A DNA stretch of 63,017 bases, the filler included, from Octopus bimaculoides (lineage: Eukaryota): the NCBI RefSeq assembly GCF_001194135.2. It is 5 parts of 5 records of this genome, joined end to end, with 100 filler letters (N's around TTAATTAATTAA, not from the genome) between each part and the next. Parts side by side here need not be neighbours in the genome. Positions count along the whole stretch, not along the records: positions 1 to 10,703 come from NC_068986.1; 4 more parts are not named here. One strand, 5' to 3'. The notes beneath the pieces were generated by a model, which worked only from the letters and a program-made list of their open reading frames with translations, was not told the DNA's origin and did not search any database. This document shows positions 1-10,230 of the stretch, piece after piece (within the stretch, counting starts at the first letter, position 1; every line of letters begins with the position of its first letter). The position numbers were made by a program, and so were the translations under genes.

Positions 1-28
<28 letters not shown>
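1..28. repeat. (AT)n microsatellite
   Basis: Pure AT dinucleotide run at the window start. Confidence 0.95.
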
Positions 29-32
<4 letters not shown>

Positions 33-189
33 ATAAGCATATTAAAAGGGGGCCGTGGGAAAACACATTTAAATAAAAGGACTGGGGACCACTTTTGGGA
101 ACCATTGTTAAAAGGTTGGGAATCATTCGTTTATAGGGGTCAGATGTTTCCACTATACATTAGCTAACTCCTTCCATCAAGTCGACAGT

Positions 190-292
190 GCTTGAAAGTA
201 AGTATGGTGTTCCACACATCCCGTATCGAAGTGATGGCAAGGCAATATGAAATGAAGTGCTTTGCTCAAGAACATAACGCACCACCTGGTGT
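190..292 (-). mobile_element. tRNA-derived SINE fragment, family C
   Basis: Reverse complement shares gcgttrygttcttgagcaaarcac-tcatttca with the copies at 10000-10230 and 44578-44705. Confidence 0.6.
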
Positions 293-384
293 CTGTGTTA
301 ATATGTATTTATGAGCGTATGCTCTATACATGTATGTTTGTGTGTGTGTGTATATGTAGTGAATTTTTTTTATAAAAAAGAAAC

Positions 385-545
385 AAAAGGCGAAGACGGG
401 TGCGTAAACAACAAACAGATGTATTTATTTAACGCTCAGGAAGGTGAGAAAGTCTTTTACGTTTCGAGCCTACGCTCTTCGACAGAAAGGAACACAGAAA
501 TAAACAGGGAGAGAAAATAAAAAAGGTTTAGTGGCTAGCGATCTA
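385..545 (-). mobile_element. Probable Penelope-like element terminal remnant carrying a hammerhead-like motif
   Basis: CpG-retaining segment containing the minimal hammerhead-like motif at 454-489 and running into TA/TG repeats. PLE assignment rests on the known HHR-PLE association. Confidence 0.5.
454..489 (-). ncRNA. Minimal type I hammerhead-like ribozyme motif with non-canonical A6U core
   Basis: Minus strand reads CTTT-CTGTCGA-A-GAGC-GTAG-GCTC-GAAA-CGTA-AAAG: 4-bp stem I, 4-bp stem II, palindromic ACGT stem III, GUA cleavage triplet. Confidence 0.5.
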
Positions 546-610
546 TCATCGCGAATGTATGTGTGTGTATTGGGTATATGTATGCGTGTATTTATGTATT
601 TATATGTTTG

Positions 611-686
611 TCACAAGGTTTTGGTCGGCCCAAGGCTAGAGTAGGAGATACCTTCCCAAGGTGCCACGCAGTGGGACTGAACCCGA
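611..686 (-). mobile_element. SINE family A fragment
   Basis: Matches cacaaggctttggtcggccc...gccacgcagtgggactgaaccc in the full copy at 44929-45349. Confidence 0.8.
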
Positions 687-699
687 CATTTTTGTTTGT

Positions 700-823
700 A
701 TATATGTATGTATGTATGTATGTATGTCATTATTCAGTTTTATTCCAAGATTTCTTGTCAATAGAGAAAGAGCTGGTTTCTAACCCTGATCCAAGGCTCT
801 TTCATTGGAATTTCTACATCAAT

Positions 824-871
<48 letters not shown>

Positions 872-1582
872 CGTATGTATAAATGTATGTATGCACACGT
901 GTATGTACATATAAATGTGTGCATGTATGAATATATTTACGTACGTGCGTATGTATGTACGGAAGTATGCATATACGTATATAATGTGTGATGTACGTGT
1001 GTATGCATGCATGTACATGTGTTATGTATGTATGTATGTATGTATGTATGTATGTTGTTTATGTATGTATCTACATAAGTATGTATACATGTACATGTGT
1101 TATGTATTTATGTACATGTGTTATGTATTTATGTTTGTATTTATGTATGCATGTATGCACTCATGCATACATGGTTGTATGTGTGTGCATATGCGTAAAT
1201 GTAAGTATGTGTATTTCTGTATGTTGTACGTATTTGTATGCGTGCGCGCGTCAACTACAGGACACGCACTGTTGGCAAAAGGGACAATACGTGAGTGTGT
1301 GAATGTGTGTGCGTGTGTATTAGTGTATGCGTGCGTATATGTGTGCATGTATATTTGTATACCCATGTGCTTATGTGTGTAAAACAAGCTGTTCAATAAC
1401 CACAAAAATATGTTTTTTAATTACGTAACAAAATATGCGTGTGTGTGTGTGTGTCTTTGTATACATGTATATGTGTGTGTTTGTTTAAATGTTCGTGCGT
1501 ATGCCTTTGCGGGTGTATGCAATTGTGAGTTTGTGTGTAAGAGTGAATCGGTTGGTATTGTGTGTGTGTGAGAGAGAGAGAG
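700..1582. repeat. Compound (TG)n/(ATGT)n/(AG)n microsatellite field
   Basis: Direct inspection; explains the V/C/M/Y-rich ORFs here. Confidence 0.9.
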
Positions 1583-2719
1583 AATGAATGTGTATGTGTA
1601 TGTAAAAGAGAAAAATGAAGTAAAAAATTACAATGAGAAAAACGTTAATTGCAGGAAAAATGAATTCCTTNNNNNNNNNNNNNNNNNNNNNNNNNNNNNN
1701 NNNNNNNNNNNNNNNNNNNNNNNNNNNNNNNNNNNNNNNNNNNNNNNNNNNNNNNNNNNNNNNNNNNNNNNNNNNNNNNNNNNNNNNNNNNNNNNNNNNN
1801 NNNNNNNNNNNNNNNNNNNNNNNNNNNNNNNNNNNNNNNNNNNNNNNNNNNNNNNNNNNNNNNNNNNNNNNNNNNNNNNNNNNNNNNNNNNNNNNNNNNN
1901 NNNNNNNNNNNNNNNNNNNNNNNNNNNNNNNNNNNNNNNNNNNNNNNNNNNNNNNNNNNNNNNNNNNNNNNNNNNNNNNNNNNNNNNNNNNNNNNNNNNN
2001 NNNNNNNNNNNNNNNNNNNNNNNNNNNNNNNNNNNNNNNNNNNNNNNNNNNNNNNNNNNNNNNNNNNNNNNNNNNNNNNNNNNNNNNNNNNNNNNNNNNN
2101 NNNNNNNNNNNNNNNNNNNNNNNNNNNNNNNNNNNNNNNNNNNNNNNNNNNNNNNNNNNNNNNNNNNNNNNNNNNNNNNNNNNNNNNNNNNNNNNNNNNN
2201 NNNNNNNNNNNNNNNNNNNNNNNNNNNNNNNNNNNNNNNNNNNNNNNNNNNNNNNNNNNNNNNNNNNNNNNNCGTGTGTACATGTGCTCTGAGCGTATGT
2301 AACTCTATTCTTGTTGGTTTTCCTATTAAAACAAATTACAATAACAAATTCAGAATACAAGACTGTTCTACAACAACAAAAAACAACGCGTTGAATACAA
2401 AACGTAATCAATTTAAATAAAAAAATAATTGCACAAAAAATACACACGAAATTATTCAATATTTTAAAAATATGAGAATCCGCCATAATAGTTTGAGATA
2501 TTTTTTGCACATTTTCTTTATTTATGTTCGTTAAATCATTTTGTGTTCAGTGTTATATTTTTGTTGTTTTGGGTTTTTGGTCTGTTTTATGATTTTGTTT
2601 ATTTTGCTGTTATTTATTTAAAGAATCTTTATTTATTCATCCAGTTTCTTTTTATCTCCGCCAACATTTAAAATACAATCTAATGTTGATATCTGTGTTA
2701 TTTATATGTATATGCTTGT

Positions 2720-2853
2720 GCATGTGTGTACACACATATGTATATAAATGTGTGTGTGCGTGTGCATGTATGTATGTATGTATGAGGTAAATATCAACAT
2801 TCGTTTGTATTTTTAAAAAGTGCCAGACGTAAACATATTTACAAATAAAATGG

Positions 2854-2891
<38 letters not shown>

Positions 2892-2950
2892 ATACATGTA
2901 TTATGTATGTATGCATGTATAAATAGACAGACAGACAGACAGACAGACAG

Positions 2951-3015
<65 letters not shown>
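2720..3015. repeat. (TG)n, (ATGT)n, (AGAC)n and (AGAT)n microsatellites
   Basis: Direct inspection; pure AGAT array at about 2950-3015. Confidence 0.95.
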
Positions 3016-3142
3016 TTAACATTTTTTCGTTAAGAGGATTCAAACCAATTTGTCTTCTAGCAATCCTAATATACAATACATGATGCATGCATAGACTTTT
3101 ATTTTATGTTTTGTTTTTTTTTATTTTTGTATCAGAGAAACC

Positions 3143-3173
3143 ACTCTACGGCCGTTTCGGTCAGATATTATCT
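3143..3173 (-). ncRNA. 3' half remnant of a minimal hammerhead-like motif
   Basis: Minus strand aga-taata-tctgacc-GAAA-C-GGCC-GTA with palindromic ACGGCCGT stem III; the CUGANGA half is absent. Confidence 0.3.
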
Positions 3174-3274
3174 TTTCAAATTTGATACTACATTTGATAA
3201 AGCCAGACATGAACAAACGGTATCTACGGTTAGTAACAGGTCGCTAATTACCAAAACGTTAGATTGACTTGCAC

Positions 3275-3276
<2 letters not shown>

Positions 3277-3350
<74 letters not shown>
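3277..3350. repeat. (AT)n-(GT)n microsatellite
   Basis: Direct inspection. Confidence 0.95.
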
Positions 3351-3351
<1 letters not shown>

Positions 3352-3768
3352 ATCGGCTAAAATGATATTGAAGAGCAACATATTTTTTTCAGAAAAGCGT
3401 AAATTTCACATATAGTTCATAATTTGCGATCAACATTTGTGGTTATAAGGTAAACACCACCACATGTATATTTACACGATTGTGATATATAATTAACTTA
3501 AATTAAATCAAATTAATTTAAGACTAGTGTTTACCCAAATCAACAGGAATGTTATTCAGAAAACCGTTATTGGTTTGAATATATCGAGGTAGTATTTAAA
3601 CAGGCGAACGTTTTCTGATTAGGATAACATAACGTTCCTGATTATTGGCTAAATACTCTTTTAAGTTAATTTGACTTAGATATACTTTTGGCTGTGTTTT
3701 ACTTTAAGAAAACAATTGTTGAGTCTAACTGAAATATGAACTACACGTGAAATTTATGCTTTCTGCTT

Positions 3769-4128
3769 TTATAGTGAATAAAAAGTTATTTGAAAATTAG
3801 AATTTAGATAACTTAATAGCGTTAGTGATAATATATATAATAAATTCTCGTTTTCATTAGCTGCAAAGTTATCCATTAATTCATTGCAATCATTATCTGG
3901 CTGCTGAAATTGTTTGTGTTTCAAAATTCGTAACGATAAACGGTACTCTTTGCCTTGGATGTGGGCGTCGATTAAAAAGTGCTTTAAAAAATGCTTTTTC
4001 TGATCCCTAAATATCAGTGAAACCACCTTTTAGTCAAGACCTTACTGGGAAGTAGAACTCTTCAATACTTACCATATTTCAAGCACTGGTTTGTCATTTT
4101 TCAGCAGGCTGTTCTCCATACTCACCAT
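3769..4128 (-). CDS. Candidate two-exon small ORF (exon 4128-4073, intron 4072-4007, exon 4006-3769), 97 aa, unknown product
   Basis: ATG at 4128, consensus donor TG/gtaagt and a phase-compatible tttag acceptor give MVSMENSLLKNDKPVLEIWDQKKHFLKHFLIDAHIQGKEY...; no recognisable domain. Confidence 0.22.
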
Positions 4129-4934
4129 TAGGAAATAACAAAGAAAATAAGTAACACTTAGAGTCAAGATGGTAAATTAAATATGAAATCTTTATTTATG
4201 GTGTATTTCTTCGATATATTATATCTGTTTTCTGGAGGGACTCCGAGGAGCTCGTTTATGCCGATTTACCACATCGGCGATACAGCTTGATATCGGGGCC
4301 TCGTCTGAAATGCATTTCATATTTTCAGGGAACTCTATTTTCTGTGAACGCATATGCCTCTGCTTTCAACTCTTTCCAACGCACATTTTTTTAAGTTGCT
4401 CAGCATATTGGTTGTGAAAAGTCATAATATTTTTGTACCTTGTCAAAAGTAAAAATAAAATGTGTTTGCAAAAAGTCGCTAAATGTGGAAGTATTTTCGC
4501 AGAAAAGGCTAAAATGAAGAATCTAACGTGTTCAATAATGATAATGAAGTAAATATTGGACAGTAGATATTATAAAGCATCCAGTTTGATAAAACGTTTT
4601 GAATCGCTGTGGAAGAATTAAACAAGACACTAATATTCATCACAAACTATTAGACTCTTATTTATTCGAGTTTATGTGACTTTGTGTCTGTTCTGATAAT
4701 GGATTTCAACAGTTAATTAATGAGGGATGTTACGTTTGTTTATCTTTTATGTTAGAAATATATAAATAAACTTACACTTCTCACCCAGGAAATTATTTTC
4801 ACATTTTTTCACATTTTTTCCCTTAATTTCACATTTCATAAAAAATAATTTTTTTTCTTTTTCAATCTCTCAAAGAAAATCACAAACACGCACATTTAGA
4901 AGCAGAATAATACGTTATTTATTTGTAATAAGTA

Positions 4935-6213
4935 TTAGGTTGTCTCACGTGAAATGTCGTATTTTAAATGGGTTTCTTATGAGTCATCTATAAATGAATT
5001 TTTAATGAGTTTCTATGCATACGCTTGTGTTTACTCTTAACACTTTTTCTTTCTAGGCAATACTGTTATTTAAAACTGCTACCCACAGCTCTTATGACAA
5101 TGTTGACAACTGAACAATACCGAGTGATTTTCTTGTACGAATACAAGTTGGGTCACTCTGCCACTAAAGCTCTACGAAACATCAAGTGAGCTTTTGGTAA
5201 CGATTCTGTTGACATTAGAACTGTTCAGAGATGGTTCTAAAGATTTCGTTCAGGAAATGAAAGCCTTAAAAATGAACCAAGAGGAAGACCAAAATCAATT
5301 ATTCGGCATGATGAACTGAATGCTTTGGTTAAACGAAATCCGAGAACAAATGTCCGAAAAATCGGATCAGAGCTCCAGACATCTCCCGTAACTGCTTTTC
5401 GACACTTGAAGAAGATTGGAAAAAGCAAAACGATGGATAGGTTTGTTCCCCATCAACTTAATGAGATTCAAAGAAACAGACACCTTACAGTGTGTTCCAT
5501 GTTGATTTCTCGGTTGAAAAGAGAATCATTTTTGTATCCACTTATTACGTGTGATGAGAAATGGATATTCTTTGATAACAGGAGGAGGACAGTGGTTAGA
5601 TGCAGGAGAGTCACCAAAACACTACCCAAAACCACCATTACACCCTAAAAAGTTGATGGTCACTGTATGGTGGTCTCAACAATGGAGGTTACTCATTGAA
5701 TAATGAATAACCCCCTTTTTGAAACAAGGAAAAACTGTAACAGTAACATCCTATTGTCAGGAAATTGATTGTATGCATGAAAAATTAAAAAAGAAGCAAC
5801 CCAGATTAGCGAATAGAGGTGGCCCAATTTTGCTTCATGATAATGCACAGCCTCACTCTTCTAAAGCTAGGGTCCACAAAGTTGCAAAACCTGAATTATG
5901 AAATTTTGGCACATTCTCCTTGTTCTCTTGATATCTCTCCTACTGATTATCACATATTTAAACACTTCCAGCTTGCTATACGCAATAAAACATTCTTAAA
6001 TAAAGAAGAAGTAATTGAAGCATTCGAACAGTTTATCAGCGTAAAAGATGACAAATTCTTTGAAGATGGAATATATGCCTTAGAGGAACGTTGGATGAAG
6101 GTCATAAATGAACAAGGATCATATTTTGATTAAATAAATAGATATTCTAAAACTTAAAAAGCAATTTTAATGTTTCCTTTTTTAAATGCGACATTTCATG
6201 TGAGACAAACTAA
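4935..6213 (+). mobile_element. Full-length mariner (Tc1/mariner DD34D) DNA transposon, 1279 bp
   Basis: Left TIR TTAGGTTGTCTCACGTGAAATGTCGTATTTTAAA vs right TIR (rc) TTAGTTTGTCTCACATGAAATGTCGCATTTAAA; TA TSD at 4933-4934 and 6214-6215; internal transposase. Confidence 0.97.
5094..6133 (+). pseudogene. Mariner transposase pseudogene (stops and frameshifts)
   Basis: HTH region (RTVQRWF.RFRSG...PRGRP), FVPHQL (WVPHEL motif), TCDEKWIFFDN, LLHDNAQPH and SPTDYHIF across frames; in-frame TGA/TAA and about three frameshifts. Confidence 0.95.
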
Positions 6214-6246
6214 TATGTATGCTTATACTATTAGATTCATTTATCC

Positions 6247-6252
6247 TTTATT
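6247..6252 (-). terminator. Candidate AATAAA polyadenylation signal of the GPCR
   Basis: AATAAA on the minus strand about 220 nt past the GPCR stop, just before the mariner TIR. Confidence 0.35.
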
Positions 6253-6471
6253 TAAAAATATAAAACTTTCACTTTTCGATCGGTCTTCTTTTACATCAGA
6301 AAAACTTCTTTCGCGCCGTGCCCTACAGAAAAACTAATACATTTTGCAAAGGAGAAGGGGTTCACATTTGATTCCATTTCGTGTGTAACATCCGAACACA
6401 TTCAATCAGAATAATGTCATAATAATAATATGAATAACAATGATAGTAATACAAATATAATTTACTAACAT

Positions 6472-7515
6472 TCAGAGTACAAAAACGCGCGAGGAAACTC
6501 GACGCGAACAGAAAAGGTCTTTGAATGCCGAACGGTATGTCTTCGTAACAGCATAAACAAAGAAATTTATGCAGTAGTTCAGCTTTACCAGAAAGTTGCC
6601 GAACCTAGATAGTACTTCCGTCGGAAGTATATCACGGCAGAACTGTCGTAAAATCTTGAAGCAAAATATTGGAGACCATAAAACAATGAACGCACCTAGA
6701 AACAAAGACCTTGTTTTGGCGTTATGTAAGTCTCTTCTGGCCAGCCCGTCATCTACACTGTTGTTCCGGTGTATTGTTTTGAGTTGTCGCCAGCTAACGC
6801 ATATTACTCTAGCATAAAAATATATCGATAAGCTAAACTCGAGTAGACAGAATGCCAGCCAGACGTAATCGTATACTGTAGAATCCACAAACACCGGATG
6901 TTCTTCAAGGTTTTCTTTGATCGCTTGTAGCTTCACTTCGAGAAGCCAAGAGGCTGTACATAGTGGTATGTTCACAAGCCAAGACAGACTTATGCCCACT
7001 ATAATACTGCGATCGGTCACGTGTGCCTCGTAACAAAATGGCCATAACACTGAAAAATATCTTTCGGCCGTTATCAAAAGCAGATTGGTCAAAGATATAG
7101 AAACTCCAGTGCGGAAAAATATTAGATAAATGACTTCTAAAACCTGCACTGGAATCACTCGTTTCAAATGTAAGAGGATTATTTCGTAAACTATCAAAAA
7201 TGTTCCGAAAATCAAATCACTGCAAGCACTGTTGGCCACCAGGGTGTTAGTTCGTGTGTGCAACTGTTTACATTTAAATGTGGCGATTATCAACAACAAA
7301 TTTCCACCAAAAACGGGTATTAACAACACGTAGTAAATAACTATAAGTATTATTCGAAGAGGTTCGTTTCCAGAATTAAATAACAAAGTTTTGTTGGAGT
7401 ATGAATTGAATGTGGCCAAATGCTTTATTGAGAGTGTAGACGACTGAGTTGAAAAGACGCTGAGATTTAGCTGGTTTGTATCCTGCAGCCACCACTGTGT
7501 TGAATCCATGGTCAT
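6472..7515 (-). CDS. Single-exon rhodopsin-like (class A) GPCR, orphan, 347 aa from the first in-frame ATG
   Basis: Seven hydrophobic segments; TM1 GGN, TM2 SACSDL, TM3 ITAERY, TM4 SWLVNIP, TM6 LWSP, TM7 NYCINFFVY, helix 8 YRSAFKDLF; N-terminal NLS and NKT sequons. The track start at 7599 is GTG; the first ATG is at 7515. Confidence 0.93.
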   Translation of the reverse strand: MTMDSTQWWLQDTNQLNLSVFSTQSSTLSIKHLATFNSYSNKTLLFNSGNEPLRIILIVIYYVLLIPVFGGNLLLIIATFKCKQLHTRTNTLVANSACSDLIFGTFLIVYEIILLHLKRVIPVQVLEVIYLIFFRTGVSISLTNLLLITAERYFSVLWPFCYEAHVTDRSIIVGISLSWLVNIPLCTASWLLEVKLQAIKENLEEHPVFVDSTVYDYVWLAFCLLEFSLSIYFYARVICVSWRQLKTIHRNNSVDDGLARRDLHNAKTRSLFLGAFIVLWSPIFCFKILRQFCRDILPTEVLSRFGNFLVKLNYCINFFVYAVTKTYRSAFKDLFCSRRVSSRVFVL

Positions 7516-7557
7516 GTCCCCTACTTCACAGTCACTAACAGATAAAAAAAAACCCAC

Positions 7558-8175
7558 TGCAGCGAAAATCTGCAGCAGCTGTAATGTGCTTTGTATCACC
7601 GTTTTAAGTCACAGTCCTTTTGTTGAACTCGATAAAGTGATAGGAAGCAACTCCAGTTATCTCCTCCGTTGAATCACAAACCGAAAATTTGGTCTTTGGG
7701 GACGTTCCAAAATTCGATTACTTGCACCCGTATCACCGTTTTAAGTCACAGTTCTTTTGTTGAACTCGATAAAGTGATAGGAAGCAACTCCAGTTATCTC
7801 CTCCGTTGAATCACAANNNNNNNNNNNNNNNNNNNNNNNNNNNNNNNNNNNNNNNNNNNNNNNNNNNNNNNNNNNNNNNNNNNNNNNNNNNNNNNNNNNN
7901 NNNNNNNNNNNNNNNNNNNNNNNNNNNNNNNNNNNNNNNNNNNNNNNNNNNNNNNNNNNNNNNNNNNNNNNNNNNNNNNNNNNNNNNNNNNNNNNNNNNN
8001 TGCAGCGAAAATCTGCAGCAGCTGTAATGTGCTTTGTATCACCGTTTTAAGTTACAGTCCTTTTGTTGAACTCGATAAAGTGATAGGAAGCAACTCCAGT
8101 TATCTCCTCCGTTGAATCACAAACCGAAAATTTGGTCTTTGGGGACGTTCCAAAATTCGATTACTGCACCCGTAT
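7558..8175. repeat. 137-bp tandem duplication plus repeated copy across a gap in the GPCR 5' region
   Basis: Unit at 7593-7729 restarts at 7730 and runs to the gap at 7817; 8001-8175 repeats 7558-7733 with 1 SNP and a 1-nt indel. Confidence 0.9.
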
Positions 8176-8637
8176 AAAAATTATAAAGGGCATGTGAACA
8201 AAAGAATAGTTTCTTATTTATGCAGATGTTTTTTTTTTTTCAACTTTATAGTGGAGAAAATTGATGCTTTATAACATTCAACGAAGCAGCATTATCTTTG
8301 TAAAGGAAGAGAATTTGTGTCACCTGAGTAACGAAACTGGCTAACAGTCTCGGCTCTCCAAAAAGTAACTTTGTGATTTCCCGGAACACACTTTCTCTTT
8401 TTTGGGGGGTAAAGCCTTATATATTTGTATAGTCAAGGGAGTTTAAGAATTTATGGCATTCGTGCGCCTTACTTACGAGAGGCAAGGACATTATTTTCAA
8501 GAAGGAATTGAAACCTGCCTTACAGATTCAGCTCCCTGAGTCAAAGTATTGCTTTTTGCTCTGCTTTGAGCAGCTTTCCATCACGTTATTTTGAGTATAA
8601 TAAACGATGCTGTAGTTTCGAGAAAATAAATGCAGAA

Positions 8638-8639
<2 letters not shown>

Positions 8640-8698
<59 letters not shown>
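8640..8698. repeat. (GT)n microsatellite
   Basis: Direct inspection. Confidence 0.95.
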
Positions 8699-8703
<5 letters not shown>

Positions 8704-9349
8704 CTGAGATATGGCGAAAAATAGAAAAACGTTTCGGACGTGGCCCTGCTATGAAATTTAATTATAGTTACTCTTCGTTTTTTTAACAATTAAATTGTAG
8801 CCCGGATGACGAAGTCAGTGGGATATCGAAGAAGCATCTGATGTGGTCAGCGATTCATGTCGTTTTACTGTTTCGAGTATGTGTGTACATGTATAAACGG
8901 GTGCATAAGTGTATTTGTGAATTTGGCGTTTTTGTATATGTGTGTCAGTACATACGTGTATGCATACGAATACGTTTGTTTATTTGAGAGTGTATAGTGA
9001 CATGCGGTTTCGAACAGTTAAATAATACAAGTTGCGGATGACTGAACCGAAATAATAACACAATGGATATAACACAACGGACGAGAAGCCAAAAAGTTAG
9101 CAGTTCGTATCTTGACACCAACAGATCGTAGTATCCGTGGACAAATCTTAAAAATTCTGAACGGCACAGTTCACCTTCGTATTGGCTGCACGATTTAAGC
9201 AGTGGTAGCATGAAAATACATGGGCGGTTATTTTAAGTAAAACTACAGAACTGAGATCAAATCTTTCTGCTGACTCACATAACGTCCCGCTGGTCAATTA
9301 TTCTCCGCTTTGATCATTACACGAAACCAATCTCTGACATAAGACGGAC

Positions 9350-9990
9350 ACGTGTTGTTGCTATCTTCCTGTTGTTGTTACTAATATTGCTGACACTGCT
9401 GTTATTATTTTAACCAGTGTAATTCCTTCTTTCTTCGGTATTTGTTGCTGTTGTTGCGATTATTGTTGTTATTACTGTAGTTGTTCTTGCTACTGTTGCA
9501 AATAACCATTGTAATTTCTTCCCCTTTGTCCGATATTCCTATTAATGTTGTTGTTGTTGTCATTGTTGTTTGTGATGGTATGTTCTTCTATCATTATCGC
9601 TGCTGCTGACGTTTCTGTTATAATTTGCATTGCACCAGCTGTTGCAACACTACTCCATTTGTAAATATTAACGCTTCTACTGCTGCTGCTGCTACTACTG
9701 CTTCTACTGCTGCTGTTGTTGTTGTTGTTGTTGTGCTTTGGTTATAATTTCTATAATGATCGAAGCCACAGTTAGCATTCCTGTTATACTTCCTGCTGCT
9801 GCAGTTGTTTTTGTTGTTGTTGTTGCACTTTACTGCAGAAGATGCTTTTGTTATTGTTGTTGTTGTTGCTGCTGCTGCTGCTGCTGCTGTTGTTATACTT
9901 TCCCCGATAACTGATTTGGCTGCAGCTGTTGTTGTTGTTGCTGTCGTTGTTGTCGCTGTTGCTGTTTCCGTTACTCTTATGTTTGTTAAT
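9350..9990. repeat. Degenerate (GTT)n/(GCT)n low-complexity tract
   Basis: About 640 bp of interrupted trinucleotide runs; the frames I translated on the minus strand hit stops. Confidence 0.8.
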
Positions 9991-9999
9991 ACGTTTGTG

Positions 10000-10230
10000 G
10001 AGGCGGGTGGCTCAGTGGTTTGGATGTTTGACTTATGATCGCGAGGTTGTGATTTCGATTCCTAGACCAAGGGATGCGTTACGTTCTCGAACAAAAACAC
10101 ATCATTTCACGTTGCTTCAGTCCAACGTGATGCTGCAATGGACCAGCATTCCATCCAGGAGCGAATATATACACCACAGAAACCAGGAAACTGGCCTTAT
10201 GAGTCTCTACGATTCGGGAAGAAGTTTTAA
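10000..10230 (+). mobile_element. tRNA-derived SINE, family C
   Basis: A-box-like ggtggctcagtgg and B-box-like tttcgattcc, then a body shared with 190-292 and 44578-44705. Confidence 0.7.

Noticed and set aside
45-130. Three tggga/gacca motifs resembling a hAT-Charlie MITE end
   Set aside because: The other terminus and TSD are not visible; too short to support.
563-1405. Long V/C/M/Y-rich and H/T/I-rich ORFs (also 2652-3088, 25683-26182, 33149-33629, 57963-58548, 61169-61796, 62404-62904)
   Set aside because: Translations of TG/ATGT/ATAC/AGAT microsatellites, which lack stop codons; no coding complexity.
1485-2510. ORFs spanning N runs (also near 7.8, 19.8, 25.0, 29.4, 52.5 and 61.2 kb)
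   Set aside because: Open only because N codons cannot be stops.
7516-7599. ORF-track start of the GPCR at 7599
   Set aside because: The codon is GTG; the first ATG is at 7515. Kept only as a speculative finding.
8728-8752. GGGC-CAC-GTCC-GAAACGTT on the minus strand, hammerhead-like 3' half
   Set aside because: No CUGANGA-like core and no stem I.
10000-10075. tRNA-like heads as tRNA genes (also 24502, 42952, 45280-45349)
   Set aside because: Only A/B-box-like remnants attached to repeated SINE bodies; no full cloverleaf.
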